Source: the human T2T-CHM13v2.0 reference genome, Homo sapiens
Strand: one strand, 5' to 3'
DNA length: 64,000 nucleotides
NCBI RefSeq assembly: GCF_009914755.1
Contig: NC_060925.1
A program made the translations under genes and the position numbers. Below the pieces are notes generated by a model that saw nothing but the letters and a program-made list of their open reading frames with translations, did no database searches and was not told the DNA's origin. Shown in pieces: positions 30,178 through 43,098 of the stretch (position 1 is its first letter; each line of letters starts with the position of its first letter).

Positions 30178-30610
30178 GGCCGGGCTCAGTGGCTCACATC
30201 TGTAATCCCAGCACTTTGGGAGGCTGAGGCGGGTAGATCACCTGAGGCCAGGAGTTCGAGACCAGCCTGACCAATATGGTGAAACCTTGTCTCTACTAAA
30301 AATACAAAAATTAGCCAGGTGTGGTGGCATGCGCCTGTAGTCTCAGCTACTCAGGAGGCTGAGACAGAAGAATTGCATGAACCCAGGAGGCGGAGGTTGC
30401 AGTGAGCTAAGATCACAGCACTACACTCTAGCCTGGAGTTTTTGAGACTCTGTCTCAAAAAACAAAAACAAAAACAAAAAATCTAAGGGTAGGCTGGGCA
30501 AGGTGGTTCACACCTGTAATCCCAGCACCTTGAGAGGCTGAGGTGAGAGGACTGCTTAAGCCCAGAAGTTCGAGACCGGCCTGGTAACAAAGCAAGACTC
30601 CATCTCTATT
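30178..30610 (+). mobile_element. Alu followed by a left-monomer (FLAM-like) element
   Basis: Alu consensus; aaatctaagggta occurs three times as flanks. Confidence 0.85.
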
Positions 30611-30833
30611 ACGATAATTTTAATTTTTTTAAATCTAAGGGTATATTTTTAATAAATAGGTGCCCAAGGCTGGTTACTTCTTTGGCTCTTGTGGTGTGGT
30701 CATGCCACAGCATTCATGTAGGGAGGTGGAGGGCCTTTTTCATCTCTTATGCCAGTATATAGTTGGTTTTTGAAGTCAGGTGTGTAGGCAGGCTTATTTC
30801 CTAGGAATATCATGACAGGAAAATGAAGAACGC

Positions 30834-31099
30834 TTTTTTTTTTTTTTTTTTGAGACGGAGTTTTGCCCTTGTCGCCCAGGCTGGAGTGCAATGGCGCGAT
30901 CTCGGCTCACCGCAACCTCCACCTCAGTAGCTGGGATTACAGGCATGCACCATCAGGCCCAGCTAATTTTTGTATTTTTAGTAGAGTCGGGGTTTTTCCA
31001 TGTTGGTCAGGCTGGCCTCGAACTCCCGACCTCAGGTGATGCGCCCGCCTTAGCCTCCCAAAGTGTTGGGATAACAGGCGTGAGCCACAGTGCCCGGCC
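30834..31099 (-). mobile_element. Alu with an internal deletion; 14-bp TSD gaagaacgcttttt
   Basis: TSD at 30825-38 and 31100-13, next to a tttt/aaaa L1 endonuclease site. Confidence 0.9.
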
Positions 31100-31560
31100 G
31101 AAGAACGCTTTTTAAAACGTGTTCTCTAATGGGTCCGGGAGTCCGCCGCGGTCTCGGGCGCCACCAATTGGCCGTCATAAGAACTGCAGGCGACGGCCGC
31201 CCGGGCTCCAGGACCAGGGACAGCGCCCCGGGAGCATCTCAGAGAAGGGTGGGGACCCGGAGCCGCCGGGACAGCGCCCCCAGTCACCGGCCGCGCGCTC
31301 GCCACCCCCCGCACTTCCTCACCCCTCCCTTACATGGAGGCGGCCCCAGCGCCCGTCCTCGCCCTCTCCCCGGCGCCAGGCGCCGCCGCACGTCTCCCAG
31401 CTCACAAGGGCGCACCTGCGCCCGCCCACTGTGCTCTCGCCGCCCCCTCCCGCGGGACCCGTTCTCTCGGTGCGCAGATCACGGGGCCGCACCTACGCGT
31501 TCCGGGATCTCTGTGATCCTGACAACAGCCCCGTGAGGCTGATCCTGCAAGAGTTACATG
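31090..31560. promoter_or_regulatory. Intronic CpG island with palindromic double CCAAT (CCAATTGG, 31164-31171)
   Basis: Dense CpG in non-repeat sequence; no exon recognised. Confidence 0.7.
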
Positions 31561-32177
31561 TCTGCCATGGCTGACGGGGGAAATTGAGGTGTGCAAACAG
31601 AGCAGATCCAGCTCTTCCGAGCTCTTCGGGACCTCAGTCCCTATCACCCGTGCGCTGCAGCTCAGTGGCACAGCCCCTTCTAGTTCCCGAGGCCCTGTGC
31701 CAAGTGCTTTCATCCAGTCCTTAAACCCACCCTGTAAATTAGGTACAATCATCTTCCCCATTTCACAGATCAGGAAGCCAAGGTCCCAGAGGCTGAGTGG
31801 CTTGCCTAAGGATCAGTGGATGCAGATATGGCTACAAAACCTCTCTGAGGTCTTCACACTGCTCTGAGTCACTGTGAGGGACGCTCCTGCCAGGGAAAAA
31901 GTCCTTCCAACAGTACACACTGCCCTGCCCTGGCTGCTCTGTCCTGGTATCCTCGGGCTTGAATGCCTTCTGGGATAGGATGCGGGCATGGAGCCTCAAG
32001 ATCTCTCACAGAGGAACCCAATCTCCCCATCCTCACAAGCTTTAGCCTCACAAAGCACCTCCCCAAGACACACAGTAGGTGCTTAATAACCCGTTGCTTG
32101 GCTGAAGCCCTGCCTTCCAGGAACCAGGGCTCTAAATGCATAACTACACAGCCTGGATACAGAGCAGGGCAGTGTGA

Positions 32178-32600
<423 letters not shown>

Positions 32601-32920
32601 TGAGCTGTGACCGTCAGCCTTAGTTTCCAATCTGGAAAATGGAGATGATACTAGCTCTTAGCTCACAGAGTGATGGCGTGTTAAACAAGGTGATGCACAC
32701 AGACACCTTAGCATGGTGCCTTGTGCTCACGAACGGCTTGCACGGTGGTGGCTGTTAACACTGTTGCCAGTAGGGTCTTCTTTGGGATACACAAAGCCCA
32801 GGAGCCCTAGCTGAGTCATGCCTTCATTTACCCCAGGGGTAAATCAGGTGGGCAGGAGAAGCAGAGGAAGAGGCTGCAAATGTAGTTGGGCTGAGCTGGG
32901 GACAGGAGGAGGAGGGAGAT

Positions 32921-33222
32921 GGCTGGGGCGCGGTGGCTCATGCTTGTAATAATCCCAGCACTTTGAGAGACTGAGGCAGGTGGATCGCCTGAGGTCAGGA
33001 GTTCGAGAACAGCCTGGCCAATATGGCAAAACCCCATCTCTAGTAAAAATACAAAAATTAGCTGGGCGTAGTGGTGCATGCCTGTAGTCCTGGCTACTCA
33101 GCAGGCTGAGGCACAAGAATCGCTTGAATCCAGGAGGCCGAGGTTGCACTGAGCTGAGATCGCACCACTGCACTCCAGTCTGGGCAACAGAGCAAGACTC
33201 TGTCTCCAAAAAAAAAAAAAAA
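32921..33222 (+). mobile_element. Alu
   Basis: Alu consensus; flanking ggagggaga repeat. Confidence 0.9.
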
Positions 33223-36200
33223 AGGAGGGAGACGCAGCCATTCTTGGTGGAGGCAGAGAGCTTAGCAGTGTCTGAGACTCCCTGCCTCATGACCTAATCT
33301 CTGACCCTCAACCCTGATCAGCTCTATAGTCTCCTTGTTTTAGTGAGCACTCCATAAATGTTCAATGAATGAATGATGGCCTACGTTGACTATGAACATA
33401 AAGAAACAGAAAGTCAACTTTAGTCCTATCATAATATACATAAGGCCTGGCATCAGTATGGGTTTGGAATCACATGGACCTGTGCTTAAATTCCTGCTCT
33501 GCCACTTCCTGGCTTGTGACTTTGGTCCATTTTCATAACCTCTCAAAGCCTCAGCTTCTTCATCTGTAAAAGAGGATGGCAATGATAATAAAAGTACTTA
33601 CCGCATAGGATTGTTCTTAGGATTCAGTGTAAACTGCTCACCCCTGGCACATAGTAGGCACACAATAAATGGAGACTGTCTTTAGTACTATTACTGGACA
33701 CGTGCAAGGACAGCTGTGAGCTGAGCCAGGAAATCTGTGTTCTAAGCCTAGTGCCACCAATGGCTCACAATGTGACTGTGGGCAGCTCCCCAGTTTTCTT
33801 CTCTGAATAATGAGGCCCCTCCAAGGGCCCTTCTCAATCTGATTTTCTGGGGCAGCATAGCCCCCATGTGCATGGTGGGCAGAGAAGTCTCTTGGAAACA
33901 GCTCTGCCCACCAGTCTGTCTCTTCCAGACCACGCCACTGAAGGGCGTGGTGTTCCCGTGACAGGGAGGAGGCAGGCATCACTGGGAATCTCAGAACCTC
34001 ATCTGATACTTGCCCTGGCCCCATACAGACCTCTCAGGACCAGCCCCACTCCAATGCAGGGTGCAGCCCCAGAGCCACGTCACATAGGTGCTGGGTCTCA
34101 GAAGGAAGAGACCTGTACCAAGGTCAACTGTGTGCCCCTAGGTCCATCTCCTTGCCTCTATGAACCTCAGTTTCCTCACCCACAAAATGTGGATGAATCT
34201 TGCTGGCCCCAAGGGCTCCGGCACACTCAGCAGCAACCCAGATGTGAAAGTCCTTTGTGAATTGCTCCCATCAGGCATAATCATGATAATTACTATCTGT
34301 AAAACGAGGGGGTTGGACCAGCTGATCTCTGTGGGCTCCTTCCCAGCTCTGAAGCTGGGGATTTCTTGGGTTTCCAAGCTGGGAATTTACACAGACGTAG
34401 GGGGCCAGGAGAAGTCAGGGTCTGTGGGACTGTGTGTCCACAGGAACCCCTGAAAAGTTGTCCCCATTCATCCTTTTCCCCCAAGCCAGCCTGGGGCACT
34501 GGGCCCCAGGGATAGGCCATGGGGAGGGGGAGCTGGAAGCTTTAGGGCCTGGAAGCTTCAGGGCCACGTCCTGCAGGTGTGAGCCTCCAAGTCTCAGCCC
34601 CACCCCTGCTCCTGCCCCTGCCCAGAATTGCTCCCATTACCCAGAGCACAGATTCTGTATGGCGCCCTCCCCAACCCCTTCTCATTCTGCATGCAGTACA
34701 CAGAAATGGCTAAAAGTAGAGTCACACAACCCTCAATTCAAATCTCAGCCCCAGCCACTCACCAGCTGGGTGACCTGGGGCAGGCTATTTAACCTCTCTG
34801 AACCCTTGAGGGTTGCTAAGAGGATTAAATGAGATAGATCCATGAAAAGTGCTTACATAGGGCCCAGCACACTGCAAGTGCTCAATGAATGCCCCCACCT
34901 GCATCCAGTTGCTCAGGCCCCATCATGCCTCCCCCCATCCAGAATCTTCCTAGAATTCCTGAGCTAGCTGCCCACTTCCCACCCTGACTGCCATTGGGTG
35001 GGCCCAGCATTGTAGAGTTTGTGCAGGACCCAGGCTTCTCTGCCCTTCGGAGGACTACAGAGCCCACACCTCTCCAGCCAGGGAGGGCTGTGGGCTTTGG
35101 GGACTCGGACAGGTGAGTTCTTTGTCCCAGCGGCTCTGCCCAGTCCTGTTTCTAGAGGCAGGGAGCCCTGGGAGAGGGGCTGTAAGGGCAACCCTCTATC
35201 CCTGGCAGAGCTCCCACACCTCAAGTGAAAGGCAAGTGGTGAATGAGGCAAGGCTAGAGTCTTCAGTCCCATGGCATCCTGAGCCTGCTGCCCGGGTGGG
35301 CACAGTGCCTACAGCAGTCTGCCAGCGGGTGGATGGCCTCTCTCTGGACCTCCAACACAGGGGAAGACGCAAGAGGCTGGTGATGGTGACATCAGCTCAG
35401 GCCTTGTCCTGGCAGCCTCTCGAGGGTCCCTGACGCTGCCAACTTTTGAGCAAGAAGAATCAGGGCTGCCCTGGCAGTTCTGGCACCGAGCTTGCAGGCA
35501 GGAAGAAGTTCCCAAGGTCACCCTCCATCAGCCACCTCCACCCTACCCCTCGAGCCCTGAATCAAGGAGTGAGGCCTTGGAGAGGGCTGTCCTCTGAGCA
35601 GGGTACTGGGGTGGCTTTCCCTCGCAGAACTGGGGCCCAGAGTTCAGGAGCCAAGCAGAGGGCTGGACCCATCTGCCCCACCTCCACCTTCCCTCTGCTG
35701 CCCCCACAGCCTGGCTGCGGCAGACACATGGCTCCCGTGGCCTTGAGAAGGTCACAGCCTCTGAGGTGGCTCAGGCATCTGATCCTCACCCACTGCCCCC
35801 AAACCCCAGCCTTGCCAGCAGATCCACCGTCTCAGGGGAGTCTGAGGAACAGGTACTGTAGTTTCAAGAAATACTGCAATTCCCCCAGAGATACAACAAC
35901 ACACTTGAGGCTCACACAACACAGTCACCAGCTTCAACTCATGGGAGCTGTACTGCAAAGACAGAAACTACATCCTCCCATTCCACAGATGGAAAGGGAG
36001 GCTCAAAGAGGCCGGGCGGCTTGCCTGAGCTCACCCAGCTAGTGGGGTGGGGCCAGAAGCGGAACACAAGGTTCCTGACTTCCTGAACCAATGACAGCCC
36101 CCGGCTCTCCAGCTCTCATAGCAACCTAGTTCCCGGGTGGCTTGGTGCCTTGATCCTCTTGCCTGCCCCTGGGATGGAAGAGGCTGGAATCCTCTCCTTT

Positions 36201-39200
36201 GCACACTGGGAGAAAATGAGGCCCAGGGAAACAGGCGAGGGGGCCATCCTTACACAGCAGTGGCAGGGCAGAGAACTACGCCAGGTGGTTCCTCATTCCA
36301 GGCTAGTGGGCTCAGCCTGCCCCTCCCGTGTATCCTGCATTGATTTTGGGGAAATGCAGACTCCTCGGCCTGCCATTCAAGGCCCTTAATAGACTGACCC
36401 CGATTTGTCCCTACCCCCACCTTCCATGAATCCAACCCAGTGTCCACATTGCCACCCCCAGCCCTTGCCCACGCCGTAGCTGGTCTCGCCTCCAGGAGCG
36501 CCTCCACTTCTCCTCTTGCTGTGCAACTGGTAATTCTACTACTAACATTATCACTTACTGAACACCTAATATGTGCCAGGCAAGGACTCCTCAAGGAGGA
36601 AACTTACCCAGCTCACCTGGTGATAGCCATGCCAACTACTTTGGAAATGCGAAGTTACGGAAAAAATTCTCACTACTCTCAAAACACTGAAGAAAAGGCT
36701 TATTATTTTTTTTTCTGGCTGTAGAGAAGTATTTGATGTTTTTAGAAAAGATTTTTCTCCAGATTTGTGTTTGCTTTTCCTTCAGTGTGTCTCTCTGTGT
36801 TTCTCTGAGTGCAGCTTTATATTTTTCAAAGCAGTTCCCAGCCAGTATGTCTGGCCTCGCAAACAACATCCCCAGGGAGGCAGGCAAATAAAAGCTCGTC
36901 ATCCCCGTTCTAGGGAGAAAGAAATGAGGCACAGAAAAGGCAGGTGATTTTTCCAAAGTCACACAGCAGAGACTGGATTTGGCATTCTGAGGACTCCCAA
37001 TCTATGTCCTTTTAGACCCAGCAGAATGCCTAGGATAAGCTGGGCACTGCCCTCAGTGTTTGCTTGCATTCACCTTCTTATCCCTTGAAACATACTCATC
37101 AGGCAAGTGCTATGATTCCCACTTCCTAGATCAAGAAACAGACTCAGAGGGAGAGAGGAACTCACCAAAAGTTGTACGGCTGCTCAGTGGCAATGTCAGA
37201 ATTCGAACTTGGGTCTGCTTCTTCCGAATGGGGGTCCGAGGGAGGGTGGCCTCGGTTGGCAGAGGTATTAACCTGTAGAGTGGGCAAGTCACTTTCTCTC
37301 TTTGAGCCTCACCTCCTCATCTGACACAAAGCACCGGGCTGTGGCAGGGACCACAGGACCCAGCTCATCTCTGTGCCCCAGTGCCTGTCACAGTCCCTGG
37401 GATCCACTACATGCTCATTAAATGCTTAGTGAGTAGGCACACGAGGCTGCTCCCATTGTGCTGGTGCAAAGCAGGAGTATCATGTTTTGCTTCCTTTCTT
37501 GCAGTAGGAAAGGCTGGAATCCCAGTGGGACCTTTCTGTTTTGGGGTGTCTCCCCACCAGCACTCCTCTGCCTCTTTTCCCTTCTTCCTCTCTGAGTCAC
37601 CACCTGCCTGACAGTGCTGGTCTTTAGCCCTAAATATAGAGCACATTTTGAGGCATAAAATGTCCACAAATGTGAGCAACATAGCTGCAGCCCACTGCCC
37701 TTGGGTACCCTCCTCCTGGGCTGACCCCAGGGTGGCCGCCCCAAGAAGCCCTGAGACTGGCGACCCCTGCTTGGCCCTAGTGTGGATCCAGAGGCTGCAC
37801 TCTGCAGGAAGTCATCAGCCTGGGGCCCCATGGGCCCACACTGCCACCAGAGCCCAACTTCCTTTCCTTATTGGCACAGGGCTGCCACCTCACACCTCTG
37901 ACTTTCCTCATCCCCCAGCCAGGCTGAGCTGCCTCCCAGAGCTGGAGCTGGGCCCAGAGAGGGAAAATGACTTGTCCGGGCCACACAGCCAGCAAGAGGC
38001 AGGGCCAGGCTTGGACAGGGAATCAGCACTCTGGCAGGCTTGGTGTGAGTGCCGAGGGAGCGTGGTGGAGCTGGGAGCCCCTCCCCATCTAGCATGCCTG
38101 CCCTGGAGGCCTCACCTAAGCCCACAGAAGCACCTCTCCACAGCGCCAGTCTCTCAGAGGCACAGGGTGCCAGGGCCAGCCTGGCAGAGGTCCTGGCATG
38201 CAAGGAGGTGAGCAGAGAGTGCTGAGGGCTCCCTTCCCTTCACACCAGCTGGCCCCCAGCCTTGCTGGGAGGACAAAGCAGAAACTGGGGCCTGGTAATG
38301 CCTCTAGCAAAAGTGGAAAGGAAAGGGAACCCCAGAGCCGCTTGGAGCCTGCACTGGGTCCTGTCCTGTCTTGGGAAGGACCTGCAGAACAACACCTTCA
38401 GAGACAGCAAAGGAGCAGCCTGGGGAGAGGCTCCCGTGGCAACCCGCTGGGTATGTACACAGAGGGGAGGCAGGAGAGGAGGGTCCACTGAGTGGGAAGC
38501 ACCAGGCAGTTTCCCAGGATTCTTGGGGCCAGTCAAGCTGGGTCCACATGAATCAGAAAAGAGGGAGGAAGGGGAGGCTTTGCTGGGGACGGTCGGGGGC
38601 CTCCACTCCCCTCCCCGGGTGATGAAGCATTCACATCCCACACGCAGGAAGCTGATGTAATTCATGCGTGTGTGCACCCATGATGGCCTGGGTGTGGGTG
38701 GGTGCATGTGCGTGTCTGCCAGGTTCATTTTTAAGGGCGTAGGGCATCCTCGTGTTCTTCCTGCATGCGCGTGTACCATGTGTGCACCCTGGAGGAGATA
38801 ATGGAGGCAGACGACAGAAGACGAGGGCTTCTGAAAAGGCTCTTCCCCTTGCTGACAACCTCCGTCTCTCTGTGTGTACACACGTGCCAGCATCTGGATG
38901 GTGTGACTCTCAGTGCTTGTGTGTCAGGCAGAGTCGGGGGCAGGGGTCTTGGCCTGGGTGTGCCCGTGTGTTCCTGTGTCTGGGTCTCAGGGTATCTGTC
39001 AGTCTAACTGTATTTGCGTTTGTGTCTGGCCGTGCTCAGGTCTCGGTTGTTTGCACAGCACGTGCGGCTGCTCAGCAGCTCTGACAGCCAGGACAAAGGC
39101 CTCCGTAGACAGATGGCAGCATGGAGGACAGATCTGCCCGAGGAGTCCTCAAAGGGCCTCTTGGCCCCAGAATTTGACAGCAGGGCAGGGGCAGGGCCAG

Positions 39201-41207
39201 GTGAGAGGGAGGTGGAGGCCCTGCTGTGGGAGCCTGAGGCCTAAGTGGCAGAGACCTCTCTCCCTGCTGCCCTCCAAGAGGCCAAAGGAAGAATCCTTCT
39301 TGTCTCCTAAGGGTGGAAGGTAGTTAGAGCCAGGAGAGGGGCCTCCTGAGACCCCTGCCAGGCAGGCACCTTGGGAAGAAGAGAAGAGGAGAGGGCTTTG
39401 CCCAAGCAAGCTGGGAAGGTCCCAGGGTGAAAGCACCATTATGGTGCTCCACGGGACAACCCTCCCTCCATGGGAAGGGGTGGCAAGGCAAGCCTAGGAC
39501 TCTGGACCCTCTCCTCAACCTGACCCAGCTTCCAGCCACAGGCACCCTCACCTCCTGGCAGCAAAGGGGAGCAGGTCCACATGGACCACTCCACCACGGC
39601 GTTCACCCTTCCTCCTCTCCACCGCTGTGGAGATCTTCTCCCATCAAGAGTCAGAGTACCACGATTCTAGACCTTGCTGAAGGTGACTAGGTGACCTCAG
39701 GCAGTTCATTTAGCCTCTCCGAGCCTCAGTTTCCTCACCTGTGCAATGGAGGCTTCAGCGCCTGCCCTGAAATATTGCTGTGAAGGGGGAAATTGCTCGT
39801 GCCACCTGAGGATTAATCATTACCCTGGAACCCTTCCCAAGGCCATCAAGGAACACGCACCCCTTACCAGACCTTCCAGCTGCTGGGGGCTCTCAGAGTG
39901 AGGCTGAGGTCATGGAGAAGGGAATGGGGGGCCCCCATGGCCAGCTGGACCTGATCACTGCCTCCCCACTCAGCCACAGCCCTCAGGGCCCTGTGCCAGT
40001 CCAGAAGCCCATTCAGGGACACCTTTGGCCAATGTTCTGTTTCATCTGCGAGGCAACCTTCCCCAGTGCCCCAACCATAGCGTTTTCCCCCAAACACCCT
40101 CAGGAAGGAGGGACCACTACCTGTGCAGGGGGGGCCAGGAGCCTCCTGAGAGCCTCATATGGGGAGGAAGTGGTACCATCTCACCCCCATTGCCTTTCTC
40201 TCCTACTTCCACCTGGCCAGCTTCCCTCAGTGCCCCTCCTGCCTCAGTGCCCCTTCCCTCAGTGTCCTTCCTGCCTGCCGCCCCAGGGGCCTGACCTCTG
40301 ACTTGGCAGGGAGGGGAATGGAGCCCGGGGACAGAGGCCAATGAGCCCTGAGAACAGTGGATGTTCTTCCTGACCCCACCACCGGGCCTGTGCTATGACC
40401 CCAACAAGGACTCCGAGGGCATGCACAGGCTGGGGTCTGTTATGGTAGGGAGGGGGCCGCTCACCTCCGGAGACTGTGTGTGTGTGCAGGTGTGCGTACA
40501 CAAGGTTTCTTCCCCAAGCCCAGGCGCCCCGCAGCTGGCACCAAACCCTGCAGGGCACGGAAACCGCCCCGTGAATTCCCACCGAGTCCTCAGATCCTGC
40601 CGAGCCAGGGGAGGCGACGAGGGGGCGCCCAACTTCGTGACGCGTGTGCCCCGCTCTGCCGCGGGGGTCAGGGACAGGGGAATGCGTCCTGTCTCTGGGG
40701 ATGCAAGGACATCACCGCCCTCCCCGCTCAGGGTCCTTGATCTGAGGCCCCCACTTCCCTCCTCTGAGGACAGGAGCGCCACCCTCTGGGGGGCGCTAGG
40801 GCTTGGGCCCCTCCCCAGGGATGGAGGAAACGCGCCCACTTCCCACAGTCCCTCCTCTAAACCCCAGGCGCCCCCACCTCGAGGTGGGCGGAAAACTGGA
40901 CTCCCCACCCACCCAGGGGGGTGGGACCAAAGCCCCCTGGCCGCGGCCTGGACCAAGTCCAACAGGCTGGGGGTTCAGCCGGCTCAGTCCAGGCCTCCCC
41001 CCACTTCTCCAGCTGCTGTCAAGACCGGGCTGCGTGAGCCCAGCTGCGCCCACCCCTCGCCCCTGGAGACCCGGGTCCCCCACGCGTTCGCCCCCACCCT
41101 CCGTCCCCGCCCGCCCGCGCGGGGTCTTCGCTGCGAGCCGACGGGAGTCTGGACACCTCTGTCCCCTTCCCCTTTCCAGGGCCGCAGCCCTGGCTGGGCG
41201 CACTCAC

Positions 41208-41311
41208 CCAAGGGCCTGGGCCGGGGGCGTCCTGGGCTCGGCACTCTGGTGCCCGCGGCCGCCGCTGCAGCTCTGCTCAGATGCGGCCGGCGCTCGCCGC
41301 CGCCGCAGTTC
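41208..41311 (-). other. RAP1GAP: RAP1GAP distal first exon (exon 1a, 5' UTR; TSS approximate)
   Basis: Consensus donor TGG|gtgagt (cactcac at 41201-07) inside a CpG island. No ATG in 41208-41311. The 5' boundary is an estimate. Confidence 0.75.
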
Positions 41312-41320
41312 GGGGAGGGG

Positions 41321-41333
41321 GACGTCACATGAC
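41321..41333. promoter_or_regulatory. Overlapping CRE-like (GACGTCA) and M-box/CLEAR-like E-box (GTCACATGAC)
   Basis: Sequence gacgtcacatgac immediately upstream (minus sense) of exon 1a. Motif match only. Confidence 0.5.
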
Positions 41334-41464
41334 CGCGGAGCGCTCCTTCCCCGGCGCCGCTCCCCACTCACTGCGGAGCCCAAGCCGCGGGCGCGGGAGC
41401 GGCGGGGAGGCCCCCGCCCTGCCGCCCCGCCCCGCCGCAGGTCCTGGAGGAGGGTTCTCGGTGC

Positions 41465-41550
41465 CCCCATTTTACAGGTGGGGAAACTGAGGACCAGAGA
41501 GGGGCAGGGACTGGCTCAAGGTTACACAGCTAGACAGTGGCAGAACCTGG
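41465..41550. mobile_element. MIR fragment in the RAP1GAP promoter (one of many MIR/L2 remnants across 1-45000)
   Basis: ccccattttacaggtggggaaactgagg...aaggttacacagct resembles the MIR core. Confidence 0.75.
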
Positions 41551-42867
41551 GCGACAGCCCAGCTGTCCAGGCAACAGCTCATGCTCCAAGGGGACTGGGA
41601 CAACTTCTGGATCAAGTGGAGACGTCGGGATAGGTGGGGCCCACGGCCCCCATGGGCTCCGCTTGTCTGCAGGCGCGGGAGGAAGGCGCACAGGCTTCGC
41701 TGGGCGAGAAAGCTGCTGTGCCCTGGCTGACGCCCTCCTCACCCGGGCGCTCGGCGCGCTTCCTGGCAGAGGCCACGCGGTTGACCCTCGCCAGCCCATT
41801 CGCGGCTCTTGGACTTTGTCTCTGGACTGGGCAGCTCGCCCCCGCCCCAGCCTAACCCGGGCCCAGGGCGGGTGTGGGGAGGGGAGCCACAGGCTACGGA
41901 GAAGTGGAAGGGAGGCACCCGGAAGAGAGTGGGATCAGAACAAGAGTGAAAACCCAGGCAGGGAGGGGGCGGCAGAGATCACCTCGGCCTGACTTCCAAG
42001 GCCCAGGGAGAGTTAGAGACTTGCCCAAGGTCCACAGCAAGTGAGCGGCCTGCCCACTCGAGTCCCTTCTTTGATGGTCAACAGAGCCTGAGGCTCCTGT
42101 GCCCCACTCCCCACCAAGGGGGAGCCCTCATCCACACCTCTTTCTGTTCTCCACTGAGCTCCCTCCCCGGGGAACAGCCCACATGAAGCAAAGAAACACG
42201 CAGTGGGTCGGCAAGGCCAGAACTGGGGACAACGGGTGAGGGGTATGGTTGGTGGCTCCAAGGTCATGAACTCGTCACAGAACACTCGTGTTCCAGGGGG
42301 ATCTCTGAGATCTCTGGATCTCACCCCAATGTTCTAAGAACTGGGAAAACAGGCTGCAAAAGGTACAAAGACAGACCTCTTTCTCAACCATTTCGAATTG
42401 GTGGGTCAAGCCGACAGGGCCCTCCAAGGTCAACAAGTCCAATAGGCCCACTTGACAGATAATATTTAGGGAGGGGAAAGTCCAAGACATGTACTCAATA
42501 TATTTCTTGAGCATCTACTGTGTGCTTAAAACCACAACTGTTACTTCCAGCTCCCACTATTTTCCCGGCCACATGGGCTGCATTTCACAAAAGGAAAGAT
42601 CCGAGGTCTTCAGCAACCCTTACATCAGCCTCTGGAGGATCTGAGACATGCAAGCCTCCGGGTTTTCAGTCCCATAGGGGCTGGGGACCAGAGCCATGTT
42701 TTCCGGTCAAGACTCTAATCCCCGTGGAGAAAAGGTGAATAAGGGGGAATAGCAGGAAATGCCCCACCCTCTTCCCACGCATCCACCCACCTGTGAAAGG
42801 GCAGAGGGGAAGGTAGATCAGGCACTTGTTCTTTTCAGTCCTCCCTCCAGCAAGCTTCCCTAGCTGT

Positions 42868-43098
42868 ATATGGGAAAGAGACCCCAGCCCAGGGGGGTTT
42901 CTCAAACTTCTAAGAGTGCAGGAGCGGTCTGTAGACTCAGATTCAGATTCAGTGGGCCTGGAGCCTGAGCTCCTGCATTTATAATGAAGCTTCGTGGCTG
43001 CAGACATCCTGAGCAGCACTGGTAGTACAAGGCAAGTTGTCAGGGCAGGAGGAAGACTCCTGCGGTATCACATGCTCACTCATGGACCACCCAACCCG
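42868..43098 (+). repeat. Copy 1 of a local direct duplication (contains a MER5A-like hAT remnant)
   Basis: Collinear similarity to 49157-49416. Confidence 0.7.

Larger units (their letters stand above)
40520..41880. promoter_or_regulatory. CpG island / main RAP1GAP promoter
   Basis: Dense CpG, very high GC, GC boxes at ~41410-41440, surrounds exon 1a. Confidence 0.85.

Noticed and set aside
40361-41633. 323-aa and 276-aa + strand ORFs over the CpG island
   Set aside because: Pro/Arg/Gly/Ala-rich products typical of stop-poor CpG islands; no family resemblance.
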